Shown in pieces: positions 39,801 through 51,214 of a stretch of 64,000 bases of DNA; position 1 is the stretch's first letter, and each line of letters begins with the position of its first letter. Under the pieces are notes generated by a model. The model ran no database searches. It was not told where the DNA came from and saw only the letters and a list, made by a program, of their open reading frames with translations. A program made the position numbers and the translations under genes. The stretch covers positions 11,656,001 through 11,720,000 of the forward strand of contig CM060732.1 of NCBI GenBank assembly GCA_030704615.1, read 5' to 3'. The DNA is from Takakia lepidozioides. Taxonomy: Eukaryota; Plantae; Bryophyta.

Positions 39801-40396
39801 GCAAAGTACACTGTGCTACTCTAGACATTAACTATGGACTAGCATAGCTGTAGATGAGAGCTTTAATCGTCGATGGATCTGCAAGGGCAGTTGCAGGGTT
39901 GAGTGGACCAAAAACGGCAAATCCTACTCCATGAAAGTCCATGACCAAAAAACAAGTTGAGGATACTATCCCAAAATATTTTTTTGGTGATAGATAATGG
40001 TATACTGAACATATTTAGTAAAGAGTACTACCCCAAATATTAAAGATATAATTCTTTAAACATTTTAATATATTATTTAAAGAAATTATGAAAAACTAAA
40101 AATTAGAGTTTACAAAAAAAATTCAATATGACACCTAGCCATTGAAGATTATAGGTTTTTATACTTCTAGAAAAAAAATGACACCCAAAATCCAAAAAAC
40201 AAGATGAGCCTTTTCAAAAAACGCCTATTTTTTTGACATATATTAGTCCATATGAGTCAAATGACATATGATTTTGCCACTTCAAATCCATACCTATGAT
40301 GTGGACCAAAATGGCCACCTTATGTCCAAATTTCAATGGAATTCACCAATGGCACATATGAGAACTTGAGTCCATTGTAATTCCATTCATTGCGGT

Positions 40397-40584
40397 TGTC
40401 GTGCGCATACATATCGCTACACAACTACATCGCTGTCCAAAACCACACAACACATGTGCACACCACACACTAGTATACCACCAGTCTACCACAAGTCCAG
40501 CCACTAGTCCAACCACTAGGCTACAACTAGTCAGTCACTAGGCTGCCACTACGCTGCCCACTATGGCAGTCACTAGTCCACACA
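40397..40584 (-). repeat. LTR segment A, terminal copy (U3-like part)
   Basis: Direct repeat of 40915-41102 with 2 mismatches, rich in CACTAG motifs. Confidence 0.95.
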
Positions 40585-40585
40585 A

Positions 40586-41102
40586 TGATAAAGAAGAAGA
40601 ATACAAGCACAAGCTCATGCGAGCTCACAAAGCTGAAGCATAAACTCATGCATATATAACCTCATCACTCAAATACAAGTCAAGCCAAGTGCACCCCACG
40701 CCATGGGGAATCCACACTACGGCGCCATAGCTAGGCGCGGTGAGGCTCAACTCGAGAAAGATGAGCCTCCCGCGCTTGCCGTGAAGATAACCACTCCAGG
40801 GCCTAAATCTGCCTTGACCCCTGGATTGACACTTGGGCCAATCCCAAATGTCAATATGTAAAAGATAGCTATTTCCTAGCTAGTTTCACACTAGTGGTAA
40901 AATAACTTGACAGTTGTCGTGCGCATACATATCGCTACACAACTACATCGCTGTCCAAAACCACACAACACATGTGCACACCACACACTAGTATACCACT
41001 AGTCTACCACTAGTCCAGCCACTAGTCCAACCACTAGGCTACAACTAGTCAGTCACTAGGCTGCCACTACGCTGCCCACTATGGCAGTCACTAGTCCACA
41101 CA
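40586..41102 (-). repeat. Complete canonical 3' LTR (517 bp; A-AC-B on the element strand; TG...CA)
   Basis: On the minus strand it begins TGTGTGG just after the PPT and ends TTTATCA. B part = 40586-40912, A part = 40915-41102, joined by GACA-AC-TGTC. Confidence 0.85.
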
Positions 41103-41104
41103 AT

Positions 41105-41113
41105 CGCCCCCCT
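41105..41113 (-). promoter_or_regulatory. Polypurine tract (plus-strand primer)
   Basis: Minus strand reads AGGGGGGCG-AT-TG directly upstream of the 3' LTR. Confidence 0.7.
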
Positions 41114-41362
41114 AGCTGGTGCTTAGGTCCCTCTAAGTCCAGGTAGCCACAAGATGTGATAGTGACCATAGCCTCACTAAGTCCTCCACCACTATCCCTA
41201 CTACACTCAAACTCGATAGATCAAGAGGCCGAGTGCAAGAGTTGCCCCATCGTTAGTCGCCGTCTTGCAACCTGTGAACTTGAGCTTGGGATCTCATGTA
41301 TTGACTCCTATGAGCTTGGCATCCCATGTCTTGTTAGCTGCCTCCAGTCATGTCCACTGTCA

Positions 41363-41503
41363 CTATCCCAAGCAGTGTGGACACAACCAATCTCCGTCAG
41401 GAACCTTCTCAAGAGGTGGTGTCAAGCATCCCATATGTCAACCCCTTGAGCACCGATCACACACCAGCATGGTGGCTGCCCCTTTGGCAGACCCACAGAG
41501 CAT
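41363..41503 (-). other. PHD finger (C4HC3) at the integrase C-terminus, interrupted by a TGG>TGA stop
   Basis: CMLC...LVCDRCSRG*HMGCLTPPLEKVPDGDWLCPHC, in frame through the stop at 41438-41440 to TAG at 41363. Confidence 0.9.
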
Positions 41504-44400
41504 GCACCTCAAACCTGCAGGTACCACTGCCAAGTTTGGGTCAACTCTGCCATCGACATTGGGAAGGTGACATGGCGCACAATTACGCACATGGTCTTTC
41601 CAAGTCATGCCATCCCGACCCTCTAAGATCAGGACCCCTGAGGGCAACACCTCTCGAACCCTCAAAATAACACGCCCTGCAGTAACATCCAGAGTCGTAG
41701 GAGCAGTCTGTTGCAAATAAACATAGTCACCAGGGCTAAACCTCCGAACCCCAGGACGATATCCTCCACCACGTATAGTGGCATACCTCAACGTATCACG
41801 GTGCTGTGCAATGGCAAGGTTCTCAAAAGCCATGGGCATGACTTTCTTGAACAACTCTGCACGCTGATCACATGCACGTACCCACACGTCCGGATCGTCA
41901 AGGTTAAGGACTTGAGCAGTGTCCCTACGAATGGCTGCAGGCAAATCCGGCTCTCGGCCAAAGAGAAGGAAATATGGTGAGAAGGAGGCAAGTGATGCTT
42001 GTTTGCTGAACATGTAGCCCATGGCTAACCAAGGAACCTGAAGATCCCAATCTCCTAGGTGTCCCTTCTGCAAGCCATACTTGCGCAAACCCCTCTTCAC
42101 CGTCTGAACAACTCTCTCTGCTAAGCCATCGGCCTCAGGATGATCCTGAGAAGTGGTGCGGTGGTCTATCAAGGCTTTATCACACAAAGCCTGAAACTCC
42201 CCCAAGAACTCTCTCCCTTGGTCCGTGAGTACCTCAGCTGGAGCACCAAATCGGCTAAGCACACGATCCAAGAATGCATACGCAGCCCCCTCACTAGCCT
42301 TGTCAGGCAATGGAACCAACTCAATCCACTTGGAGAAGTGCTCCACCATCACCAACACATATCTGTGGTGGCGCATAGTCAGTGGCAACGGTCCTGCGAA
42401 GTCAAGACTCCATCTGTAGCCCAATCCCATGATAGGTAAAGGATGCAACTGTGGTGTAGGGGCGTTAAACGAAGCACGCACCCTGTCACACACCATGCAC
42501 CTAGCCACAAACTGTTGCACCTCTGTATGCATACCACGCCACCAATACTGCCCCTGCAGTAAACTGTGAGTGCGTCGCACTCCAAAATGCCCCAACTCCT
42601 CATGGGCATGCCGCACTAACCGTGCACGCTGTGTGGGGTGAGGCACAATCCTCACCCGACCACCCTCCCACACTCGAAGTAGGTGTATCCCCTCCCACTT
42701 GAACCTCTTGGCTCGTTGTAGGATCCGATCCCTCTCCCTGGCAGTCACAATGGCTGCCGTGTCTCCCGTGCGGAGGTAGTCCAACACAGCCAAATCCTCA
42801 TGTATATCTCTGGCACCACCTAGCTCATCACTAGCCTCAGGGTCCTCAGACACTCCGTCTACAGTCATCCCTGTTGTAGGTCCAATCTGACCTCCCGATG
42901 CCAAGATACACAAAAATGCAGATGCGTGCCATCCCGGCACCATCTCCTCGTCCGTCTCACCATGCCACCGAGCTCCAGTGTCATCCTGCTGGCTCATGCA
43001 TGGATTGCGACTCAATCCATCCGCATCCCGATTGACCAAACCCGGTCGATGCACAACCTGAAAGTCATACTCCTGGAGTATAAGTGCCCACCGTGCAAGC
43101 TTCCCCGTAAGCTTGTCTGACTCCATCAACCACTTGAGTGGCTGGTGATCCGTGACAAGGGTGAAAAGATTGCCGTATAGATAGCACCTGAAGTGTGCCA
43201 CGGCCCACACTGCAGCTAAGCACTCTCCCTCATATGAGCTGTACTTAGCCTCTGCAGCGTTGTTCGAGCGGCTAGCGTAAGCCACTACGAACTCTCTTCC
43301 CTCATCATCCACCTGTGTGAGCACCGCTCCAAGCCCCAGCATGCTCCAATCCGTATGCAGCTGAAAGGGACGCCCCCTGATAGGTCGTCTCAAGATAGGC
43401 GCCGAGGTCAACCTCGCCTTGAGCTCTTGAAAAGCTCGTTCCTGCTCATCTTCCCACTGCCACTCCTGGTCCACCTTGGTCAGCTTGGTTAGAGCCTTTG
43501 CAATGGTACTAAATCCCTTGACAAACCGTCTATAATAGTTTGCCAACCCCATGAAAGCTCGAACTCGGCTCACATCCGTGGGGCGTGGAATTTGTGCAAT
43601 GGCCTCTACCTTAGTCTGCTGTACCCCCAATCCTCCAGGATATATCATGTGACCCAGATACTCAATCTGGTTGTGGAAAAACTTGCACTTCCCCGGATGC
43701 AACTTCAATCCGTGCGCTCTCAAGCGCTCCAATACCACCTGAAGGTGTCTCTCATGCTCCTCCATCGTAACACTAAAGATGATGATGTCATCTATGTAGC
43801 ACCGAGCAAAGTCCACCCCTGCTAGAATCCTATCCATGACTCTCTGAAACTCTGCAGGAGCATTCTTAAGCCCAAATGGTAAGAACCGCCACTGATATAG
43901 GCAATCCTTGCCGTGCTCATTGATCCCCCAGAATGCCGTCTTCTGCTTGTCCGCCTCCTTGATTGGCAACTGGTGATATCCGGATCGTAAATCCAAAGTG
44001 CTAAAGGCCTTAGCATGCCCGATGGCATCAAAGATCTCCTCTGGTGTTGGCATGGCATACTTATCGGACTTGGTCTGACGATTTACAGGCCGGTAATCAC
44101 CGCACATACGTCTCTCCGTCCAATTGCCATAGACATCCTTCTTGGCTGGCATCACTGTGGCTGAAGCATACTCTCCACCAGAGAGCTCCACCAAACCTGC
44201 CTCCCAGAGATCTTGAGTCCTCATCTGAATCAAAGACCTCTCCATGTCATTGTATCTATAGGGTCTCCGAAAGATTGGCGTGTCAGTGGCCAACTCAATA
44301 CGGATCTCTTGACCCTTCAGTGCTCCCAAGTCCTTCAAACTGAAGGCAAAGCAATTCCTGTAAGCCCTCAGGAACCGCCGTATACGTCGTCTCTCTCCTC
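41438..44400 (-). CDS. Gypsy pol: reverse transcriptase, RNase H, DDE integrase and start of PHD finger (uninterrupted 966-aa ORF)
   Basis: RT: RMCGDYR, LDLRSGYHQ, PFGLKNAP, YIDDI. RNase H: LHTDWS, ECLAAVW, TDHQPL. Integrase: HHCC (HAHEELGH...CMVC), SLDFAGP, TDQGREF, GLAERVV. Confidence 0.95.
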
Positions 44401-44789
44401 CGGTGACAATGGGTCCAATGTCAGGCTCCCAATTGTCCTCCGTAACTACAACCTTAAGTCCAGTGGGCTTAGAGGTAGAGGACGCGTCCCGTGGTTGCTA
44501 TGCTGCAACCTCTTGAGCAGTACTCCCTACCTGCTCAGTCAATGACAAGGCATCATCCTGCCCCATCATCTCATCCTTGAGGACCTCCTCAACTCGAGAA
44601 GAATCCCCAACCTCATCCATCACAGCCGCCTTGGCTGCCAACTCCCTCTGAACCTCGAGCACCTCCCACGTGTGCCATGGATGCATGCACCCCGTGGTCC
44701 TCATATGCTCGCCCCCACTCACTGCCTGTACCGTCTCGGTAGGCAGAGAGACCATTGAGGGAAGTGTATTCCGCACTCTGCGTTGCTCA

Positions 44790-45750
44790 GCTAGAGCCAA
44801 GCTGATAATCCAGGTCAAGCAATTGAGATCCATTGCTTGCCCCACACACTTGACGACGTGATGCCTCAGAAAGAGACGACACCGCCGTGGTACCAGTGGT
44901 AAAACCCATTGCCCGCTCACGCTCGTCAGCATTAGGCTCCACTAACTGCTGCAACTGAGCATCCCACAGGAGGCCAGGTCCACTATCCGGAAAGCATGCG
45001 ATCCTGGGAAGCTGAGCAGTGTAGGTAATGCTGCTCGTGGTTGACCCACCTTGTTGACCACTGCCAAAGGCGAACGGTCATCGTGTCTCACACGTTGAGA
45101 CTGCCTCCCTGTGTCCAGAATGTTATCCACTGTGAGATGTGCTGGCCGCTGCACCCCATCAAATGCACGCTTGAGCAGTGCGGGTGGCATCATGTTAGTC
45201 CACCATAGCCGTGGACGATGAGCCCGTGACCCCACTGTAGCTGCATCTAGCAACACTGCTGACCCAAGCCACGACCGGACTTGATGCACACTGGCCATCA
45301 CCCTGGCCCGAGAATCGCCCATCAGTGGCACATTCTCCAAGATGTATGCTGGAGATACAGCTTGATGAAGCTGCAAGTGGCGCAAAACCCGCACCATCTC
45401 CCAAAACAGACCCGACCTCGAGTCTCGCAATCCATTGCCATGCCCGGCTGATGAATGCCCTTGGCAGGGCCAACCTGCCACTACCAGATCAATGGAGCCA
45501 ACCCGCTCCAAATCCTGCGCCCCCAGCAACGAAATGTCTGCTGGCAAGGCCTGCTGATATCCACGAATTGCAGACACCGACAACAACTCAGGGTACCGCT
45601 GCACCAACTGAGCAACATGGCGAAGTGAAACGCGTCGTGCTGTCTCATCCCTCTCCACATACAGGTAACGCCGAACTCGTACACCTGCCTGTAACACAGC
45701 AGCCAATCGTGCTGATCCCGCCAAACAAGTCCAGAAGACAAATGCCTTCA
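44790..45750 (-). pseudogene. Retrotransposon-encoded C5 cytosine DNA methyltransferase domain (DNMT3-like), frameshifted in this copy
   Basis: Motif I LLDLFGGIS (~45710-45746), II YLYVE, III DI, IV DLVVAGWPCQ (PCQ at 45461-45469), VI YILENV (ENV at 45329-45337), VIII AHRPRLWWTN, IX ERERAMGF (~44900-44925), X GQAMDLNCL (~44820-44845). Confidence 0.9.
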
Positions 45751-46099
45751 TCTGGAGACTGCCACAACAATAGGTGTGGTGTCCAATGGAGACAATTGAG
45801 GTGGTCCTGGTGCAATCCCCACACTCTCCTCCTCTCCTGACGGTACAAAAGCCTCCACCCAGGCTTGTTGCACCCGTCGATCAGCATCCCGCTGCAAATC
45901 CTTGCTCGTGCCCCACAATGGAGTCTGAGCAACCATGGTAGGCAACTCCGCCATACCATACATGTCATCCTGCTCTCCAGGAGGTGGTACATCCTCTGAA
46001 TGAGCATTGCCCTCAAGCAACTCTCTAGGCCAACTCACTGCCGCTGTGAATGCTGCTAGTGTCGGCATCTTGCCTCGCTGGGCAACCGCAACTCCTCCT

Positions 46100-46470
46100 A
46101 TGAACGTCACAGGGAGCTGCACACGCCGGCCCTCCCCTGACTGCCATGCAGGCCTATAGGAAGCTGACTCCTCCCAAAAATCCAGGGTGAAGCCCATGGG
46201 GTACAACACTGCCCCACCAACCAGGACATCATATGAGACTGCGTCTGTCACAATGGCCTTGGCTCGCATCACTGAGCCATCTGTAGGGTGATCCGGCCGT
46301 AGTCTGATAGCCAACTCATGCCATGTCATGCCCCAAGCCTGCTCCGATCCTCCCAGAGACGTCTGTATCTGGAAAGGACAAGGCTCCATATCCGCCTCTG
46401 TGAGCCCAAGCCTGCAATAGCAGCTCTGCCCAGCATCATGGCTGAGCTCCCGAGTCCAACAAGACTCGCA
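46100..46470 (-). pseudogene. Aspartic protease domain of the Gypsy element (frameshifted)
   Basis: RVLLDSGAQP catalytic motif at ~46440-46465, and YDVLVGG..L..MGF downstream in another frame. Confidence 0.8.
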
Positions 46471-46899
46471 GTGGCCGGTACCTCTTGCCTGCCGGTCCAC
46501 TCAAACAGAAAATGCCATCCTGATTGTCTAACATGACAACTCCAGGTGTCACCATGGCGCGCTCAATGGCTGGCCTAACTGGCAGCTCCATCAATCTGGC
46601 AGCTGCAGCTTGCCATGGCGCCGCCGTGGCAGTCTTGACCCTCAAATCCGAGGATCCCTCCGGCACTACACCTCCCACTATCTCCGCAGAAGATGAAGTA
46701 ACCTCCCCACTCTCACAGAGTGTAGCTGCCAGCCTGAACACCTCAGCTGGAATTATCCCCGGCGTCGCAATCATGGTAGCCGAGAACAATGGAGCCTGGC
46801 ACACAGATGTGGCCGCTCCTAAACAGCACACTAGCTGCCGTAGCCTTGGCAACACTAGGTAGTGGTGCTGCCGTGTAGCTCTCCCCAATGGCATAGTAA

Positions 46900-48650
46900 C
46901 CTCCGCCTCGGTAATAGTCGGGCGAGAACTAGGTGCCATGGATGGCGTCGACACTGTCTCCGCCAATGTGAATGACTGAGGAAGCCTAGCCTGACGGCTT
47001 GCCTCCCCACGCTGTGGATCCAACTCCACCTCTGCACCTTGTGGCTCAGGAACTCGTGCTGCTCCTCGAGTCACGGCTGCAGCAGACTCCACCTGCACTA
47101 GTGGTAGTGCTGCTCCACACATGAATCCCATGCCTCCCATATCTCCTCCCTCAGGAGCAGGAGGTGGACCATCCGCATTAGAGCCGGTACCACCTGAGCT
47201 GTAGTCCATGGCAGCGAGCCTCTGCTCTAGCTGCTGAAGCCGGTTGGCCATGCCTTGGTCAACACCCGGACCTCCGCGTCCTTGGCCACGTTGAGCTTGC
47301 CCTTGGCCTGCACCTCGTGGCTGGCCACCTCGTCCTCTCTGGGCTGCTCCACCTCGCCCCCGGCCACCATTGTTCCCTTGGAACTGGCCTGGCGCAACTC
47401 AGGATGCAAACTATAACACTGGGCCTCTCCATGCCCGTGCTTGCCACAATGCCCACACTGCAACTGTGCAGCTGTGCATGTGCCGACCCTTTGCCTCCCT
47501 CTGGGCAATCCTTCTTGACATGGGGTCCTCCACATGTCCAGCACACCACATCCGCCCGTTGTTGGCCAGCAATGAAGGGAGAGACCCCTGCATCTGAGGT
47601 CCTCTCTGCCCTTCCCTGAGCTTCACCTGAGCCCCCTTGTTGCCTTGAGCACGTTGAGGTAGTGGTTGGCTAGAGCACCACTACCCCGTGGTGTCTCCTT
47701 AGCAAATCCCACCATGACCACTCGTTCCTTCCACCATGTTGAGCTCTATCCGCTCTGCCAGCAAAAACACATTTGCTAAGGTGGGTTGGGGCCGCTGTAG
47801 GAGAGTTGCATCCCCGCACCCTTCTCCTCAGCTCCTTGTCCAATATCCCATACCAGAATTGGACTGCCTGAGCTTCCGTAACCCTTGGGTTACATTTATC
47901 AAGCGGCCTCATGCAGTGAAAGCTACCTCAAGCTCTCGGTCGGCTTCCGTTGGAACTCTTGCAAGCTCCGCAACTTCTCTGTCCTCACCCCTTGGTAGTT
48001 CCCTCTCAACTCTTCGAAGAACTCCACAACAGGGTTGAAGGCAGGCACGGGTGCTAGTGCTGGTGCGGTAGTGGCTTGGGTGGACGTCGTAGCTACTGTA
48101 CCACCAGTCCCACTGCTACTTGCTGAAGCTGCCGGTGCAGCGGCAGGTGTAGCCACTGCCCTCGTGGCTCTAGTGCCCCTAGTGATGGAGACATAGTCGG
48201 GTGACCAGTACATCCTCCACTCCTCGATCTCAACCTCATGCCCCCGCCTGAACTCATGGTAATCATCCATAGGCGGCCCCTCAAGGTGCTGAAACAGCCC
48301 TTCCATGCCATGAACGGCGTAAATAGTTGTGGATTGCGCATTTGCTGCTCATCAACTCTTGGATAAAATCATCCAACTCAATGGTGCCCACCGCCCCAGA
48401 GTACCTTCGTGGCCCCTTGGTAGCTCCATACATCTCCTCCATTGTGTCCCACAACAATGGCAAAAAAACACTTGCACCGCCGGTATGAGCCCTCCTGATT
48501 CACAATCCGAATCAGAACCTTCCGTGGAAGACACAGGAGGTGAAGGTGGCCTAAACCGCACACCTCGTCTCGTGTACCCACTAGTATCGCTAGTGCTCGA
48601 ACCGGCACTGTCCCCAGCAACTAGTGGCACCTCCGTGTTGACACTCAACC
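46900..48650 (-). pseudogene. gag region with two zinc knuckles (frameshifted)
   Basis: YSG...ELDDF, LQEFQRKPTESLR and VQFWYGILDKELR capsid-like blocks. Knuckles CWTCGGPHVKKDC and CGHCGKHGHGEAQC (~47410-47545). Confidence 0.75.
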
Positions 48651-48914
48651 GGTCATGAACATGTCCCTAACCCCCTCTCCACAAGGTAACCGGGTAGAGA
48701 ACCTGTTGCGGCTTATGGTTTGGAATACTAAGTTCCTAACATAGCCTACACCTGAACTTGCATGACCATGGGAATATCATGAAGATACTCCTCAACCGCC
48801 CTCCACGAGCTTCAAATTCGGCCTTCCAGACCACATGCCAGTCCTCCACCAGTGCCTCCCGAGTCAGCACAGGCCATCCACAGGTCAACACGGGCCACCA
48901 CAGACCAGCACAGG

Positions 48915-49360
48915 CCCACACAGCTCACTGGTCACAGCGGGGGCACGTCACAGCCCCTCACAGCACGGGGGGGGGGGGGGCCCGTCACAGCCCCAAAGGC
49001 CAACAGTCACAGCCTCAAAGGCCTCAGGCACGGCCTGTCACAGCCCTCACAGCCCGGGCCCACAGGTCATCACCCCCTTGTCACAGCCCCTCACTCACTC
49101 ACACGGGGGCAACGCCGGGCCCCAAAGGCCTCAGGCACGGCCTGTCACAGCCCCTCACAGCCACAGCCCCAAAGGCCCACGGCCTGTCACAGCCCCTCAC
49201 ATCACAGCCCATTGTCACAGCCGCCCGTCACAGCCCCACCTTGTCACAGGCCCCACAGCCCCAAAGGCCTCAGGCACCAGCCGCCTCAACAGCCACAATT
49301 GGGGCAGGCCCCACAACACAGCCTGTCTTTTTACAGCCCTGGGGTCACAGGCCCCACACA
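48915..49360. repeat. GC-rich tandem repeat array (TGTCACAGCCCC-type units) in the element's 5' leader
   Basis: More than 15 degenerate (G)TCACAGCC(CC) units, plus the longer repeated block CCCCAAAGGCCTCAGGCAC. Confidence 0.85.
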
Positions 49361-50875
49361 TGGCCGCTCTGGCAGTTTAGCCATTTCTCCAAGGGGTTTA
49401 GCCACGCCAAGCTAGGGTTTGTGTCTCTTGGACTCTAGGCTTCTTTCCACCGAGCTATGGTGGCTGTGAGGAAATCAGCAAGGTATCCTTGCTCTTTCGG
49501 CTCCCACACACCACCATAGTAGCCCTAAGCCATGAGGTGGTTGCCACAAACCAAGCCTTCTTTCTCACTTAGCCTCCCCAAACACGCCACTAAACTCAAT
49601 GGCAAACAACCAAGCCCTGCTGGTTCCCAGCCCTTGTGAGCACTCATTCAAGCACTCCCCTCATTGGCCATAGCATCTGTCTTAGAGCCTATTCCAGCCC
49701 TCTACACCTGTTGCTTCAAGTTGCGCTCCCTTCAAGCTTGAAGTTGAAACCCCAACTCACATAGGCCCTACAAGTGCTGTTCTTTCACTCCAAGTGGAAA
49801 CCAGCCCTAGACCTTCCGTTCTAGCTCTCTAAGGCTTGAAAACAAGAGCCTCAATGGGCTGAAGGCATGCTCCACACATGCCCCACTCTCACCATAAGAG
49901 AATCAGCTCCTTTGCTTCATTTCTTGCACCCACAAACCTGAAATACAAGCTTCAGCAGGCTGAAAGCATGCTCTACATGCCCTACAGGGAAACCAGCCCC
50001 TTCCTTCCTTTCTTGCACTCCCACACCTAAAAGTGCAAGCCTTCACCAGGCTGATAGCATGCTCCACACATACATTGCCCTCACATAAGGGAAGTCAGCC
50101 CTTCCCTCTTCCTTGCTTGCCCTCCAAGCTTGAAGATGGAAGCTTCAATGAGCTGAATACATGCTCCACACATGCAACCTCTTCACACAAGAGATATCAG
50201 CCCCCTATCTTGGCTCCTTGGCTCCTTGATGCTCTCTAAGACAAGACTAAGCACTCCATAGCCTTTGCCAAGCTCCTGAAACCCTAAGGCTTACATTTCC
50301 AGCCACAAGACACTTCTCTTGTGGTGCAAGAGCTCTTCTTCCAAGCTCTGAAACCCTAGGTGCACATTCCATGGCCTTGCCGCACCTCTTAGCTCCTGTT
50401 CCAGCCCTGCTCTTGCCATGACAAGAGCCCTCAATGCTGAAGCTCGAGATTGAAACCCAATCTCACCATACTCCACAAGTGCACTGATTTGCCCCAAGCC
50501 AAATCAGCCCTTTCGCTTGGTCTTGCAATCCTTCACACAATGAAAGCTCGCATTCCCAAGTCCAGTTCTCAGCTTTGCCACCAAAGCCACTATAACCTGC
50601 TCTTGACTGGTCCTCTTCCCAATCGTGCTTGCTCATGCATGTACACAATCTGAAACCATCAAGGTGCTCTGGAATTACCTGCAGCATGGTGCTTTCATCT
50701 CTGAAGCTGAAGATCGAATGCCAAGGTCTACCACCTCGTAACCCACATCGCCTCCGCTTCTAACAACCAAGAGCTCCACGGTGCTCCTTGCATAACAACT
50801 TGGTTTCTCTCATTCTCAAGCAAAAACCACAAGTGCTACAACTAACTCGTATCTGGCACTCACAGATACGAGCTG

Positions 50876-50888
50876 ATCTTTCTCGAGT
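50876..50888 (-). promoter_or_regulatory. Self-priming primer-binding site
   Basis: There is no TGG-type tRNA PBS after the LTR's CA. Instead 50876-50888 is a perfect 13-bp inverted repeat of 51052-51064 inside the 5' LTR segment. Confidence 0.75.
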
Positions 50889-51214
50889 GATAAAGAAGAA
50901 GAATACAAGCACAAGCTCATGCGAGCTCACAAAGCTGAAGCATAAACTCATGCATATATAACCTCATCACTCAAATACAAGTCAAGCCAAGTGCACCCCA
51001 CGCCATGGGGAATCCACACTACGGCGCCATAGCTAGGCGCGGTGAGGCTCAACTCGAGAAAGATGAGCCTCCCGCGCTTGCCGTGAAGATAACCACTCCA
51101 GGGCCTAAATCTGCCTTGACCCCTGGATTGACACTTGGGCCAATCCCAAATGTCAATATGTAAAAGCTAGCTATTTCCTAGCTAGTTTCACACTAGTGGT
51201 AAAATAACTTGACA
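50888..51214 (-). repeat. LTR segment B, 5' terminal copy (327 bp)
   Basis: Direct repeat of 40586-40912 with 1 mismatch. It ends in CA immediately before the PBS. Confidence 0.95.

Larger units (their letters stand above)
40397..51214 (-). mobile_element. Ty3/Gypsy retrotransposon with DNMT and PHD domains and split/permuted LTRs
   Basis: Termini TGTC...GACA with CGGT TSD (40393-40396 and 51215-51218). Domain order gag(CCHC)-PR-DNMT-RT-RH-INT-PHD, with INT after RH as in Gypsy. Terminal direct repeats are >98% identical. Confidence 0.95.

Noticed and set aside
37400-39880. Possible decayed DNA-transposon coding region
   Set aside because: The sequence looks repeat-like, but no transposase motif can be recognised with confidence.
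48915-49360. CRISPR-like array
   Set aside because: The units are degenerate with no unique constant-length spacers, and the context is a eukaryotic TE leader.
48758-49438. Three overlapping plus-strand ORFs of 181-226 aa
   Set aside because: They are by-products of a stop-poor GC-rich tandem repeat, antisense to the element.
40397-51214. Classification as a DIRS/Ngaro element because of the split direct repeats
   Set aside because: The element encodes a full HHCC-DDE integrase, shows no tyrosine recombinase, and has TG...CA ends with a TSD.
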